In this document: positions 49,961 through 61,300 of the stretch, piece by piece
How positions within the stretch are numbered: the first letter of the stretch is position 1
How the letters are laid out: each line of letters starts with the position of its first letter
NCBI GenBank assembly: GCA_048571215.1
Contig: CP182352.1
Span: 1,760,001 to 1,824,000, forward strand
Reading direction: 5' to 3'
Length of the DNA stretch: 64,000 nucleotides
DNA from: Halarcobacter sp.
GTDB lineage: Bacteria > Campylobacterota > Campylobacteria > Campylobacterales > Arcobacteraceae
Notes under the pieces: generated by a model
Seen by the model: only the letters and a program-made list of their open reading frames with translations
Database searches by the model: none
What the model was told of the DNA's origin: nothing
Made by a program: the position numbers and the translations under genes

Positions 49961-49980
49961 AGTTAACTATTTATTATTCA
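49961..49980 (-). mobile_element. attI-like site 3
   Basis: Minus strand AATAAATA-GTTAACT immediately upstream of the RBS of the ABM gene. Confidence 0.55.
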
Positions 49981-49995
49981 TCCATTTTGAGTACA

Positions 49996-50092
49996 TAAAA
50001 ACTTGCTCTTGTGCTTGTAGACAAAAAAGTTAGAAAGCATACCCACGTTCAGTGGGTGTAAAAAAGCGAAGAACATTAGTTCTTAAAGACAA
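49996..50092. repeat. Eroded fragments of the A/B structured repeat
   Basis: TAAAAACTTGCTCTTGTGCTTG matches A2; AAAGCGAAGAAC..GTTCTT.AAGACAA matches the end of B1. Confidence 0.7.
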
Positions 50093-50102
50093 AATGTATA
50101 CC

Positions 50103-50999
50103 TCAATCAATCAACTTCCTATGAAGTCTATCTATTTTAAAAGTTTTAGCAATACCTGTCAGTGATAGATATGCTCTTTTTGTTATACCTAAGGGAACTT
50201 CAGCGGGGATTCCTATGTTTTTCTTAGTTTCAAGCATATTTTCCCTTGGAAAATCAAACTCAGTACACCCAATACATGGCATACCAGCTCTAGTTTTTGT
50301 ATTTACATCATTCCATAAAACTTTATTACAATTTGAGTGGGTCATAGGTCCACGACATCCTTGTTCATAAAAAAGACAGCCCTCTTTTAATCCAAAGCTT
50401 TTTGCTTCTACCTTCCATTCAAAGTACTCATTTCTTGTACAACCATGGTGGGCCAAACCATAATATAATTCAACTGGTCTTCCATATTCATCGAGAGTTA
50501 TCTTTCCATACTCTTTTAAGCTAAATAGAGTTTGAAAAATCCATTCTGGATGGACTGGGCAACCTGTAAGGTTTATTATTGGATGATTTAATCCATACAT
50601 ATTATCTATCTCTAAAGATTTTTCAAGCCCATCTATGTCACTATTGAAAGTAAATCTACTGTGAACTCCACCATATGAAGCACACGAACCAACGGCTATA
50701 ATATATTTTGATTTTTTTACAAGTTTATTAAACTGTATATATGGAGATTGATTTGATATTTTAAAAAAGTTTTCATTTGAACTTATTGCACCCTCGACAA
50801 GTAAAAAGTCAATTTCAACTTCACTATTTAAAATATCATCTAAAATAATCCCTTCAGTTAAGGAAGGGTGATATATAAGATCAAAACTATCTAAAAATAG
50901 TTTCATCCTATTTTGATTTGCACTTAAAAAAGAGTGGGTATTTCCATTACAAGTTATAGCTTGAAACCATAAAAGCTTTGGTTTTCCACTAGTTGTCAT
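50103..50999 (-). CDS. Cytoplasmic group 2-type [NiFe]-hydrogenase small subunit
   Basis: No Tat signal; LLWFQAITCNGN, GSCASYGG, GCPVHP, GCTRNEYF, GCRGP, CIGC. Confidence 0.9.
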   Translation of the reverse strand: MTTSGKPKLLWFQAITCNGNTHSFLSANQNRMKLFLDSFDLIYHPSLTEGIILDDILNSEVEIDFLLVEGAISSNENFFKISNQSPYIQFNKLVKKSKYIIAVGSCASYGGVHSRFTFNSDIDGLEKSLEIDNMYGLNHPIINLTGCPVHPEWIFQTLFSLKEYGKITLDEYGRPVELYYGLAHHGCTRNEYFEWKVEAKSFGLKEGCLFYEQGCRGPMTHSNCNKVLWNDVNTKTRAGMPCIGCTEFDFPRENMLETKKNIGIPAEVPLGITKRAYLSLTGIAKTFKIDRLHRKLID

Positions 51000-51579
51000 A
51001 CTTTAATGCTCTATAAATGTTTTCAGCAACTTGATCTGAATACTCCAATAAATCTTTTTCCAAAACCTTTTCACCACTTAAAAAAGCAAATCCACCAAGT
51101 GCACCCATCAACATACCAAAGGCAGGGAAAAACTCTTGTTGCCTAAACTCTTTATTAGCTGCACCCTCATCAAGTAAAATCATAACCTCTGTTACAAATT
51201 CACTTACACATAAAAATCCTTCACAGCCTTGATTAAAAACCTCTCTATTTGATAGGTAAACTCTTAAAAAATACTCAATAACTTCAGGAGATTTTTTTAC
51301 ATTTTTCAAATATACTTCTGTAAAAACAAATATTTTCTCTTTTGAGGAGATATCCATTTGATTAATTTCTCTTAATTCTCTTGCTAAAATATTTGTAGAG
51401 TATTTTATAGCATATTTGGCTAACTCTTCTTTGGACTTAAAATAGTTGTACATATTACCAACACTCATACTCATAGCTTTTGCAATATCAGGAATAGTAG
51501 TGTTGTAAAAACCTTTTGTAGAAAAAAGTTTTAAAGCTTTTTCAATAATATTATTTTTTTTCTCTTCTTTTGCGGACAA
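50989..51579 (-). CDS. TetR/AcrR-family regulator
   Basis: ALKLFSTKGFYNTTIPDIAKAMSMSVGNMYNYFKSKEEL; overlaps the hydrogenase small subunit start. Confidence 0.92.
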   Translation of the reverse strand: MSAKEEKKNNIIEKALKLFSTKGFYNTTIPDIAKAMSMSVGNMYNYFKSKEELAKYAIKYSTNILARELREINQMDISSKEKIFVFTEVYLKNVKKSPEVIEYFLRVYLSNREVFNQGCEGFLCVSEFVTEVMILLDEGAANKEFRQQEFFPAFGMLMGALGGFAFLSGEKVLEKDLLEYSDQVAENIYRALKYDN

Positions 51580-51635
51580 GGTATGCCTTTTTAATTTTTA
51601 TATTTTTTAATTATATAACTTAATAAGTTAATAGT

Positions 51636-51651
51636 AAATGAATACTTATAT
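51636..51651. promoter_or_regulatory. Degenerate copy of the hydrogenase operator upstream of tetR
   Basis: AAATGAATACTTATAT. Confidence 0.45.
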
Positions 51652-51689
51652 TTAAAAGAATTATTATAAAAGATTATTATAAAAAGTAT

Positions 51690-51725
51690 AAAAAAAGCCC
51701 AAGCAAAAAATGCTTGGGCTTTTTT
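51690..51725 (-). terminator. Rho-independent terminator after acnB
   Basis: AAAAAAGCCCAAGCA-AAAAA-TGCTTGGGCTTTTTT. Confidence 0.9.
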
Positions 51726-51740
51726 CTATTCTAGTATCTA

Positions 51741-54317
51741 TTAAGAGTGAACTAAACTTGTTAATTCTTCTGGTGATACTTTGTGGAAATTTAAGTATTT
51801 ATAAATATCATCTCTTTTTTCTGGAGTGATTTTTTTAGGTACCATTTCTAAGTATTCTTCTTTTGTTGGAAGTCTTCCTAAAAGTGCAGATAGTGCTGCA
51901 ACTTCTGCAGATCCTAAATAAACTTTTGAATCTTTACCAAGTCTGTTATCAAAGTTTCTTGTAGATGTACTAAATACAACTGCACCTTGACCAACATTTG
52001 CTTGGTTACCCATACATAAAGAACAACCTGGGATCTCCATTCTAGCACCAGCTGCTCCAAAGATTGAGTAGTAACCCTCTTCGTTTAATTGTTTTTCATC
52101 CATTTTTGTTGGTGGTGCAATCCATAATTTAGTTGGTACTGGACCTTCACCTTTAAGTACTTCACCTAAAGCTCTAAATAATCCAATATTTGTCATACAA
52201 GAACCAACAAATACTTCATCAATTTTTTCAGTTGGTCTGTTTGGATCAGCTAAAATATTTGATAATGTATCAACATCATCTGGATCGTTAGGACAAGCTA
52301 ATAATGGCTCAGTGATTTCATTTAAGTTGATTTCAATAGTTGCTAAGTACTCTGCATCTGCATCTGGTTGTAATAACTCAGGATTAGCAATCCATTCTTT
52401 CATTTTATCAGCTCTTCTTTGTAAAGTTCTAGCGTCTTCATAACCCTCTTCAATCATTTTTTCAATTAAAGCGATATTTGAAGATAAGTACTCAATAATT
52501 GGTTCTTTATCTAATTGAACAGAACAAGCTGCTGCTGATCTTTCTGCTGCTGCATCAGATAATTCAAATGCTTGCTCAACTTTAAGTTGTGGAAGACCTG
52601 AAATTTCAATTACATTACCTGCGAAAATATTCTTTTTGTTTTTCTTAGGTACTGTTAATAATCCATCTTTAATTGCTTGGTAAGGGATAGCATTAACTAA
52701 ATCTCTTAAAGTTATACCTGGTTGTAATTCACCAGTAAATTTTACATGAACTGATTCAGGCATAGTTAAAGGCATCATACCAGTAACACCTGCAAACGCT
52801 ACAAGACCAGAACCAGCTGGGAATGAGATACCAATTGGGAATCTTGTATGTGAATCTCCACCAGTACCTACAGTATCTGGTAAACATAATCTATTTAACC
52901 AAGAGTGAATAACACCATCACCTGGTCTTAATGTAACACCACTTCTTGAAGTAATAAACTCTGGTAGTGTATGTTGTAAGTTAATATCTGCTGGTTTTGG
53001 ATAAGCAGCAGTGTGACAGAATGATTGCATAACCATATCAGCACCAAAAGATAGTGCAGCAAGCTCTTTAATCTCATCTCTTGTCATTGGTCCTGTAGTA
53101 TCTTGTGAACCTACAGTTGTACAAACTGGTTCTACATACATACCAGGTTTAACACCTTCCATTCCACAAGCACGTCCTACCATTTTTTGTGCTTGAGTAA
53201 ATCCATTTGTACTTGCAGCTGGTTGAGATGCAGTAATAAAAGCATCAGATGCTTCTAAACCTAAAGCTTCTCTTGCTTTTGCAGTAAGACCTTTACCAAT
53301 GATTAATGGGATTCTTCCCCCTGCTCTCATCTCATCTGTTAATGTATTTGGAGCTAATTTGAATTCAGATACAACTTTTCCATCTTTTTCAATTACACCA
53401 TCAAAAGGTTTAAGAGTAATAACATCACCAGTTTCTAACTCATCAACTGGAGCTTGGATTGGTAAACAACCTGAATCTTCTGCTGTATTGAAGAAAATAG
53501 GAGCAATAATAGAACCAATAACAACCCCACCAGTTCTTTTATTTGGAACACCTGGGATATCTCTACCCATGTGCCATTGAACAGAGTTAATACCTGATTT
53601 TCTTGATGAACCAGTACCAACAACATCACCAACATATGCTAAAGGATAACCTTTTTCTTTTAATGAAGCCATTGTTTCAAGTGGATTTTCCATTCTTGAT
53701 TGTAACATTGCTGTTGCATGTAATGGAATATCAGCTCTTGTAAATGCTACAGTTGCAGGAGATAAATCATCTGTATTTGTTTCACCAGGAATTTTATATA
53801 CTGTTAAAGTAATCTCTTTTTCTAATGCTGGTTTATTTGTAAACCATTCAGCATTTGCCCATGATTCAATAACTTCTTTTGCTTTTGCATTACCTGCATC
53901 TGCTAACTCTTTTACATCATTGAATGAATCATAAACTAAAATTGTATCTTTTAATTGTTTTGCAGCAGAATCTGCTACTTCATCAATTTTTAATGCATCT
54001 ACTAGTGGAGTTACATTGAATCCACCCATCATTGTTCCTAAAATTTCAATTGCTTCAAGCTTTGAAATAACTGAACATGCAACATTTCCTTGTACTATAT
54101 CATTTAAGAATGCAGCTTTTACATAAGCAGCATCATCAACACCTGGGTTGATTTTATTTTTAAATAATTCTAATGCATAATCTGCGTCTTCTACAGAGTC
54201 TGCTTTTAATAACTCTACTAATTCAGCTGTTTGCTCAGCTGTTAATGCTAATGGTGGTAAACCACCTTCGTTTAATCTTTCTTCTGTATGTGCTTTATAA
54301 GTAGCTAATAAACTCAT
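51741..54317 (-). CDS. acnB: Aconitate hydratase B
   Basis: [61 protein letters not shown] favours the second Met. Confidence 0.97.
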   Translation of the reverse strand: MSLLATYKAHTEERLNEGGLPPLALTAEQTAELVELLKADSVEDADYALELFKNKINPGVDDAAYVKAAFLNDIVQGNVACSVISKLEAIEILGTMMGGFNVTPLVDALKIDEVADSAAKQLKDTILVYDSFNDVKELADAGNAKAKEVIESWANAEWFTNKPALEKEITLTVYKIPGETNTDDLSPATVAFTRADIPLHATAMLQSRMENPLETMASLKEKGYPLAYVGDVVGTGSSRKSGINSVQWHMGRDIPGVPNKRTGGVVIGSIIAPIFFNTAEDSGCLPIQAPVDELETGDVITLKPFDGVIEKDGKVVSEFKLAPNTLTDEMRAGGRIPLIIGKGLTAKAREALGLEASDAFITASQPAASTNGFTQAQKMVGRACGMEGVKPGMYVEPVCTTVGSQDTTGPMTRDEIKELAALSFGADMVMQSFCHTAAYPKPADINLQHTLPEFITSRSGVTLRPGDGVIHSWLNRLCLPDTVGTGGDSHTRFPIGISFPAGSGLVAFAGVTGMMPLTMPESVHVKFTGELQPGITLRDLVNAIPYQAIKDGLLTVPKKNKKNIFAGNVIEISGLPQLKVEQAFELSDAAAERSAAACSVQLDKEPIIEYLSSNIALIEKMIEEGYEDARTLQRRADKMKEWIANPELLQPDADAEYLATIEINLNEITEPLLACPNDPDDVDTLSNILADPNRPTEKIDEVFVGSCMTNIGLFRALGEVLKGEGPVPTKLWIAPPTKMDEKQLNEEGYYSIFGAAGARMEIPGCSLCMGNQANVGQGAVVFSTSTRNFDNRLGKDSKVYLGSAEVAALSALLGRLPTKEEYLEMVPKKITPEKRDDIYKYLNFHKVSPEELTSLVHS

Positions 54318-54705
54318 ATACACCTCCTATTTAATTTGTAGCGCTAGTATAGCATAATGTTTATTTTCTATGATGTACAATTTTTGCTATACATGTCACA
54401 ATTTTTTTATTATCTAATAAAAGTTACTAAAAGTAATAAAAAAACAACAAGTCTCTCTTTATTTTCACTATTTTATACATAATTACACTATATTTCACTT
54501 AGTTAATCAAACTAGTTTTCCTATTTATGCTTAAATACTCAATATTAACTATGTACAAAAAATGTACATCAATTAAACTATTGTACAACTATTCAATATT
54601 TGCAATTACCTAAGAGAAGAGATATTTGATAATATTAAAAATAAAGACTTTTTAAATATAAATACACATATAATATGTTTAATAAAATAAAAAACAAGGT
54701 TACAA

Positions 54706-55149
54706 ATGACAATAGGAAAATTACAAGACAAATTACATACTCAAATACCTTTAACTAAACTAATGAAACTAAGTATTGACTCCTATAAAGATAATAAACT
54801 TTTCACCAAAGCTCCTTTAAATGTAAATATCAATGATAAGGGTACAGGTTTTGCAGGAAGTTTACTTACAACTGCAACAATATCTGCTTGGAGTGTTGTA
54901 TATCTACTTTGTGAAGAGCTAAATTATAATCCCCCAATCATTGCAATAGTTAAAAACGAATCTACTTTTAATTTTCCTGTTACAAAAGATATATACTGTG
55001 TTAGTTATAAACCATCTTCAGAGCAAATAGAGCTTTTAAGAGAGAAACTTAAAACTAAAAAAAGTGGTTCAATAAAAATCAAATCACAAATTATTGAAGA
55101 TGAAAAAGTTTGTTTAGAATTTGAAGGTGTTTATGTTGTTAAACTATAA
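54706..55149 (+). CDS. YiiD C-terminal-like thioesterase domain protein
   Basis: IPLTKLM, APLNVNINDKGTGFAGSL. Confidence 0.85.
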   Translation: MTIGKLQDKLHTQIPLTKLMKLSIDSYKDNKLFTKAPLNVNINDKGTGFAGSLLTTATISAWSVVYLLCEELNYNPPIIAIVKNESTFNFPVTKDIYCVSYKPSSEQIELLREKLKTKKSGSIKIKSQIIEDEKVCLEFEGVYVVKL

Positions 55150-55190
55150 TCTTCACTTTTATTATACAATTGATGTGTTATAATGTGTTT

Positions 55191-56000
55191 ATGAAAATTA
55201 TTATTTTATTTTTAACATCTATACTAATACCTTTTTATCTTAGTGCTAGCAATATATCAGCAAAGTACAAAATAACCTATGGAGGCTTTCTAAATCTAGG
55301 GGAAGCTATTAGCACCCTAATAATAAAAGATAATAAATATGATATTAAAATTGAAGCAAAAACTACTGGTATGGCAAAATACCTTACAAATAATCGTGTG
55401 GAAATCTATGAGAGTCAAGGCAAATATATTGACAATAAATTTATTCCAGAAAAGTTTATAAAAACTAAAAAAGATAATCAAAAACAAAGAATTAGAACAT
55501 ATACCTTTGACATAAACAATAAAAAGATATTAGTGGAAGATATACACAAAGGTGTAAAGTACAAGATACAAAACGATTTTTCTAAAAAAGCAATTGCATT
55601 TTCTGAACATAATAATTCAACTTTAGATTATTATGCAAAGGATGATATATTATCACTTTTTTTTAATATGCAAGAGCTTATGCATAACTTTAAAGATGGG
55701 AAAGAGTATGTTCTAAAAGCGGTAGGAGCTAATAAAACAAAAGGCAATATTAATATTTTGATGCCATCAAAAGAGCAAATGAAAAACTTAAATAAAGATT
55801 TAAATATCAAATCAAAAACAAAATTTATAGCATATATAAATCAAAAGATATTCTCAAGCAAAAGGGGTGAATTGATGATTTCATTAAATGACCATGGCTT
55901 TTGTAATAAAGCAATATTAAAAGATGTATTACTTTTTGGAGATATCTTAGGAGAGATGATTGAATTTAAAATAAATAAGGATACAAATGAAAAAACTTAG
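55191..56000 (+). CDS. DUF3108-family exported protein
   Basis: Signal peptide, AKTTGMAK, DDILSLFFN, LKDVLLFGD. Confidence 0.7.
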   Translation: MKIIILFLTSILIPFYLSASNISAKYKITYGGFLNLGEAISTLIIKDNKYDIKIEAKTTGMAKYLTNNRVEIYESQGKYIDNKFIPEKFIKTKKDNQKQRIRTYTFDINNKKILVEDIHKGVKYKIQNDFSKKAIAFSEHNNSTLDYYAKDDILSLFFNMQELMHNFKDGKEYVLKAVGANKTKGNINILMPSKEQMKNLNKDLNIKSKTKFIAYINQKIFSSKRGELMISLNDHGFCNKAILKDVLLFGDILGEMIEFKINKDTNEKT

Positions 56001-56775
56001 CATATATCTTATGTCACTATTCTTGATACTATTTATATCAGCTTGTACAGCAAAGGCACCATATACAAATAGAAGTCAGATGATTTTAATCTCACAATCA
56101 CAAGAGCTAGCTTTGGGTGAAGAATCATATAAAAATACTTTAAAAAAAGAGAAAGTTATAAAAAATACAAAAGATGCCAATAGAATAAAAAGGATTGGTT
56201 CAAATATTGCAAGAGTTGTAAATAAACCAGAATACAAATGGGAATTTAATTTAGTTGAAAATAAAGCTAAAAATGCCTTTTGTTTGCCAGGTGGTAAGGT
56301 TGTAGTATATACAGGTATTTTAGAAGTTGCAAAAAATGATGATCAATTGGCAACTGTAATGTCCCATGAAATTGCCCATGCATTAGCTAGACATGGAGCT
56401 GAAAGAGTAAGTAGTGGTATGGTTGCAAATGGTATTCAAGTGGTTGGAAATATAGTACTTGGTTCGCAAGCACCTCAATTAACAAAAACATTTAATGTAG
56501 CTTATGGTTTAGGGGCTCAATATGGGGTCTTGTTACCTTATGGAAGAATGCAAGAGAGTGAAGCAGATGAAATAGGGATACATCTTATGTATAAAGCAGG
56601 TTATGATGTACATGAAGCATTAAAATTTTGGGAAAATATGAGTAAAGATAAAAAAGAATCAATAGAGTTTTTTTCAACCCATCCAAACTCATCAACTAGA
56701 ATTGAAAATATCAAAAGAGTAATCAATAGTTTAAAACCTATAAAACAAACAAATTTAGGTAAAAAAATAAACTAA
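55987..56775 (+). CDS. M48-family zinc metallopeptidase lipoprotein
   Basis: Lipobox ISAC, NAFCLPGGK, HEIAH, ESEAD, FSTHP. Confidence 0.92.
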   Translation: MKKLSIYLMSLFLILFISACTAKAPYTNRSQMILISQSQELALGEESYKNTLKKEKVIKNTKDANRIKRIGSNIARVVNKPEYKWEFNLVENKAKNAFCLPGGKVVVYTGILEVAKNDDQLATVMSHEIAHALARHGAERVSSGMVANGIQVVGNIVLGSQAPQLTKTFNVAYGLGAQYGVLLPYGRMQESEADEIGIHLMYKAGYDVHEALKFWENMSKDKKESIEFFSTHPNSSTRIENIKRVINSLKPIKQTNLGKKIN

Positions 56776-56780
56776 TATAT

Positions 56781-57893
56781 TTATAGGGGCAAATATATTG
56801 TAAAACAAGCCCCTATTTTTGTATTTTTTGCCTTGATTTTTCCAAATAGCCTTTCTTCAACTATTTTTTTACTCATATAAAGACCTACTCCACTACCCTC
56901 TTTATCCTTTTTAGTTGAAAAATATTTATCAAAAATTTTTTCTAAATATTCTTTTTTTATGCCACCTGCATTATCTTCTATTTTTAAGCAGATATCTTTA
57001 TCGTTTCTAAAAAATTCAATTTTTATAATTTTTTCACCTTTTTTTTCAAAAAGTGCTTCACTTGCATTTGATAAAATATTCATCAAAACTTGGATTAAGT
57101 CATTTTGATATGTAGTTATCTCAATATCTATTAAATCCCTTTCAATAAGTATATTATCAGCTTTAAATTTTATTTGTAAAAGTTTTACTGTTTTATTTAC
57201 AATATCTTTTAAATTAAATCTATGTTTTTTCGTATCTGTTACTAAAAAATTTTTAAAATCATCTATTGTTTGACAAAGATGGTTTACAGATAAATCGATA
57301 GTATCAATAAAATTAATCAATCTATCTTCTGTTAACATACCATGCTCTTTTTCTAACTTAATCCCAGTTGTGGATACACTAATAGCTGATAGTGGTTGTT
57401 TCCATTGATGTGTAATATTTTCAAACATCTCTCCTAGAACTACAAGTCTTGATTGATTTACTAATAATTCATCACGCTCTTTTAAATCTTGTATAAGCTT
57501 GTCTTGAAACTTTTTTAGTTTTAGATGGGTATCTATTCTTGCTTTTAAAACAATTGGTTCAATGGGTTTAACTACATAATCAACAGCTCCAAGTTCAAAC
57601 CCTTTTACTATATCATGTTCATTTTCTAATATGGTTACAAAAATAATAGGTATATCTTTAAACTTAGAATTGTTTTTTAAGATTTTACATAATTCATAAC
57701 CATCCATATTAGGCATTATAACATCTAATAAAATTAAATCGGGTACTAAGTCATCTGATAATATAGATAATGCTTTTTCACCACTTATTGCTACATGTAC
57801 TAAATAATCCTTTTTTAATACTTCTATCATCACTTGGATATTTTCTGGTGAATCATCAACTACAAGGATTTTTTGTTTATTATTATCTTTCAT
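56781..57893 (-). CDS. Hybrid REC-histidine kinase
   Basis: N-terminal REC; ITHQWKQPL H-box, DNAGG, GSGVGLY. Confidence 0.9.
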   Translation of the reverse strand: MKDNNKQKILVVDDSPENIQVMIEVLKKDYLVHVAISGEKALSILSDDLVPDLILLDVIMPNMDGYELCKILKNNSKFKDIPIIFVTILENEHDIVKGFELGAVDYVVKPIEPIVLKARIDTHLKLKKFQDKLIQDLKERDELLVNQSRLVVLGEMFENITHQWKQPLSAISVSTTGIKLEKEHGMLTEDRLINFIDTIDLSVNHLCQTIDDFKNFLVTDTKKHRFNLKDIVNKTVKLLQIKFKADNILIERDLIDIEITTYQNDLIQVLMNILSNASEALFEKKGEKIIKIEFFRNDKDICLKIEDNAGGIKKEYLEKIFDKYFSTKKDKEGSGVGLYMSKKIVEERLFGKIKAKNTKIGACFTIYLPL

Positions 57894-57907
57894 CTATTTC
57901 CCCTCAT

Positions 57908-58300
57908 CTAATCTAAATTTTCTTTTTCTTTAGATTCAAACTTATTTAAATATTTTTGGACTTTTTTCAAAACTATATCTTTTGTAAAAGGTTTACTTAT
58001 AAAATCATCTGCTTTTATTTTAAATACTTTTTCATCTTCCAAAGAAGTGATATATATAATAGGTATATGGGATGTATTTTTATCATCTCTTAATATTTTA
58101 CAAACCTCATAACCATCCATATTTGGCATAATAATATCAAGCAAAATAATATCAGGTTTTATTTTATTATAAATTATTTCTAAAGCTTTATGACCATTTG
58201 TTGCTGCAATAATTATATATTTTTCTTTTAAAATATCCATTAAAAAATGTATGTTTGCAGAAACATCATCAACAATCAAAACCCTTTTTTTATTTTGCAT
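57908..58300 (-). CDS. Single-domain response regulator
   Basis: LIVDD, LLDIIMP, SKPF. Confidence 0.88.
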   Translation of the reverse strand: MQNKKRVLIVDDVSANIHFLMDILKEKYIIIAATNGHKALEIIYNKIKPDIILLDIIMPNMDGYEVCKILRDDKNTSHIPIIYITSLEDEKVFKIKADDFISKPFTKDIVLKKVQKYLNKFESKEKENLD

Positions 58301-61300
58301 TATTTAACTCCTCTAAAAAGTTTTCTATTAACTCTTCTGTTTTGTCCATGTCAAAACTATTTAAGGTATCACTTAATTCTAAATAAAATTCATTATAATC
58401 TTTTTGTAAGTATGTAGATAACTCCTCAAATATCTCTTCACAAAGAACAATATCTAAATTTAAATTGCTTTTTAGATTCTTTAATAACTCTACAACCTTC
58501 TTCTTATCAAACTTTTTTTCTTCATTCATATTTACAAAATCTATTTTTTCAATCTCTGAAATAACTTCTTTAAAAGAGCTTTTAAACTCTTCAATCAACT
58601 CCATATCCAAGATGGTTTTATTAATCAATTTTGCATTTATTAAAGATAAAACTCTATAAAGTTTTTTAGCAGCAATATTGCCAGATATACCTTTTAATTC
58701 ATGAATTTTTTTCTCTAAAAGTTCATGCTCATTATTCCGTAATAATTTCTCAATATAACTTAATAAATTTTTATAATTATTTGCAAATTGTTGCAAAATT
58801 TTAATATATACAAATTCATTTCCTGATACTCTATTTATAGCTTCCTCTATATCAAAAATTTCTGGATTTAAATTACTTATATATTTAAAATTATCTTTTT
58901 CTTTTATCTCTTTACCCTCTATATCTTTTTCAAGAATAAATTTTTTAAGTACGATATACAATTTATTTGGATCAATAGGCTTATTTAAATGTTCATTCAT
59001 ACCAACTTCTAAACTTTTTTCCTTATCACTAACTAAAGCATTTGCACTTAATGCTATTATTGGAAGAGTTTTAAAATAATCTTCTTTTAAAGATCTTATT
59101 TTTTTTGTTGCAGATAAACCATCTAATTTTGGCATTTGTATATCCATTAATACAAGTTTGTACTTTTTCGTTATAATTTTTTCAATAGCCTCAACTCCAT
59201 CAACTGCAATATCTACTTTAAGTCCAAAGCCTTCTAAAATGAGTGTAGCAAACTCTCTATTTAGTTCATTATCCTCAACTAAAAGAACATTCACGCTCTG
59301 TAAAACCTTATTATTATTTTGATTTTCCACCTTTATAATAGTTTTATTAGGATATAGTATTTCCATAATTTTATCATATAATGTTGAGGGAGAAATAGGT
59401 TTTAAAAGATAACCATATATACCATATTTTTCTATATCTTCTTGAATAATTTCTGTAGAATAAGCAGTAACTATTACAGTTTTAGGTGTTTTATCTTGTA
59501 AAATCTCTTTATATTTTATAAAAGTTTCTAAACCACTAAGTTTAGGCATTTTGTAGTCAAGAAAAACAATATCATATTTATTTTCTTGTACCATTTTTAT
59601 AGTTTCATATCCATTTGAAGTGTTATCAACTATATATTTAAATGATTCAAGCATATCAGTTAAAACTTCTGAAGCCAATCTATTATCATCAGCTACTAAA
59701 ACCTTTAAATTTGTAGTTGATGTTGGAAATATAAAACCTAAGTGCTCTTTTTTTGTAGTTATCTTTACTTTTGTTGTAAAACAAATAGTAGTACCCACTC
59801 CAATTGTACTTGACTCAATCCAAATATCTCCACCCAATAGATTTACAAGTTTTTTACATATGGCAAGTCCTAAACCTGTACCATGAAAACTCCTAGTAGC
59901 AGAATCATCTACTTGCATAAACTCTTGAAATAGTTTTTCTTGATTATCTTGTGATATTCCTACACCACTATCTTTTACACAAAATTTTAAAGTATCCTCT
60001 TCTAAACCTTTTGTTACTAAGCTTACAGATACTAAAACCTCTCCAGCTTGAGTAAACTTAATTGCATTTGAGATTAGATTATTTAAAACTTGAGCAAGTC
60101 TTAGTCTATCAGAAATGATATAAACAGGGATATCTTCATCAAACTGTGTTAAAAGTTCTAAACTATTATCTTCAGCTTTAACACTCATAATAGACATAAT
60201 ATCACTAACTAATTCAAAAATACTAAATTCACTATTTTTTATTTCAAGTTTATTTGCTTCTATTTTAGAAAAATCTAAGATATCATTTATTATTCCAAGT
60301 AATGTATTAGCAGCAATATTGGCTTTTTTAATATAGTTTTTTTGACTCTCTTTTAGATGCGTTTTTTCAAGTAGATATAACATACCAAGAACTGCATTCA
60401 TAGGGGTTCGTATCTCATGGCTCATTTTCGCTAAAAAGTCTGACTTAGATTCATTAGCCTTATTTGCCTCTTTTTGTGCAATTTGAAGTTTTTTTTGAAC
60501 TTTTATTCTTTCTGTTATATTTTGTTTAATAGAAACAAAAAACTTGATATTTTTATCTTCATCAAAAATAGGAGCAATAGTTGCACTTTCCCAATAAATA
60601 TCACCATTTTTCTTTTTATTTGAGAACTCTCCAGTCCATGTAAGACCTAAGTTAATAGTTGTCCAAAGATTATTATAGAATTTTTCATCCTGATACCCCG
60701 ATTTGAAAATATTTGGTTTATTTCCAAGTAACTCATTCTGGGTGTAACCACTTTCATTAATACAATATGGATTTACATAAATAATCTCTCCATTTAAATT
60801 TGTCAACATTATAGATACATCACTTTGCTCTATAATTTGAGAAAACTTATTTAACTCTTTTTGAGCTTTTGTCCTCTCATTTATCTCCTGTTTTAGTTTT
60901 CTATTCCAATAAATTATTACAAGAAAAACAACTAAAAACCAAGCTAAAATCTTATAAACTAAAGTATAATCTATAAGTTTTTGAACCTTTACCTTTAGCC
61001 AATTATCTTTTATACTATCTATACTATCTCTATCAGTTTTATTAATAACTTTGTTGAATATATCAACCAACAGTGTTTCATCATTTCGTGTTCCAACTCT
61101 TATTTTATAATCAAGTCCAACAGTAGTAGCAATTTTTAGATTTGTCATTCCATTATTTTCAATTGCATAATTTACTGTTGCAGTGGTATCAATAAAACCA
61201 AATAACTCTCCACTACTCACTTTAAACAAACCATCTAAGACATCTTTTGTTTCAACTAAATTTATTTGAGGATAATGGGCTTTAATCAATGTTGATATAG

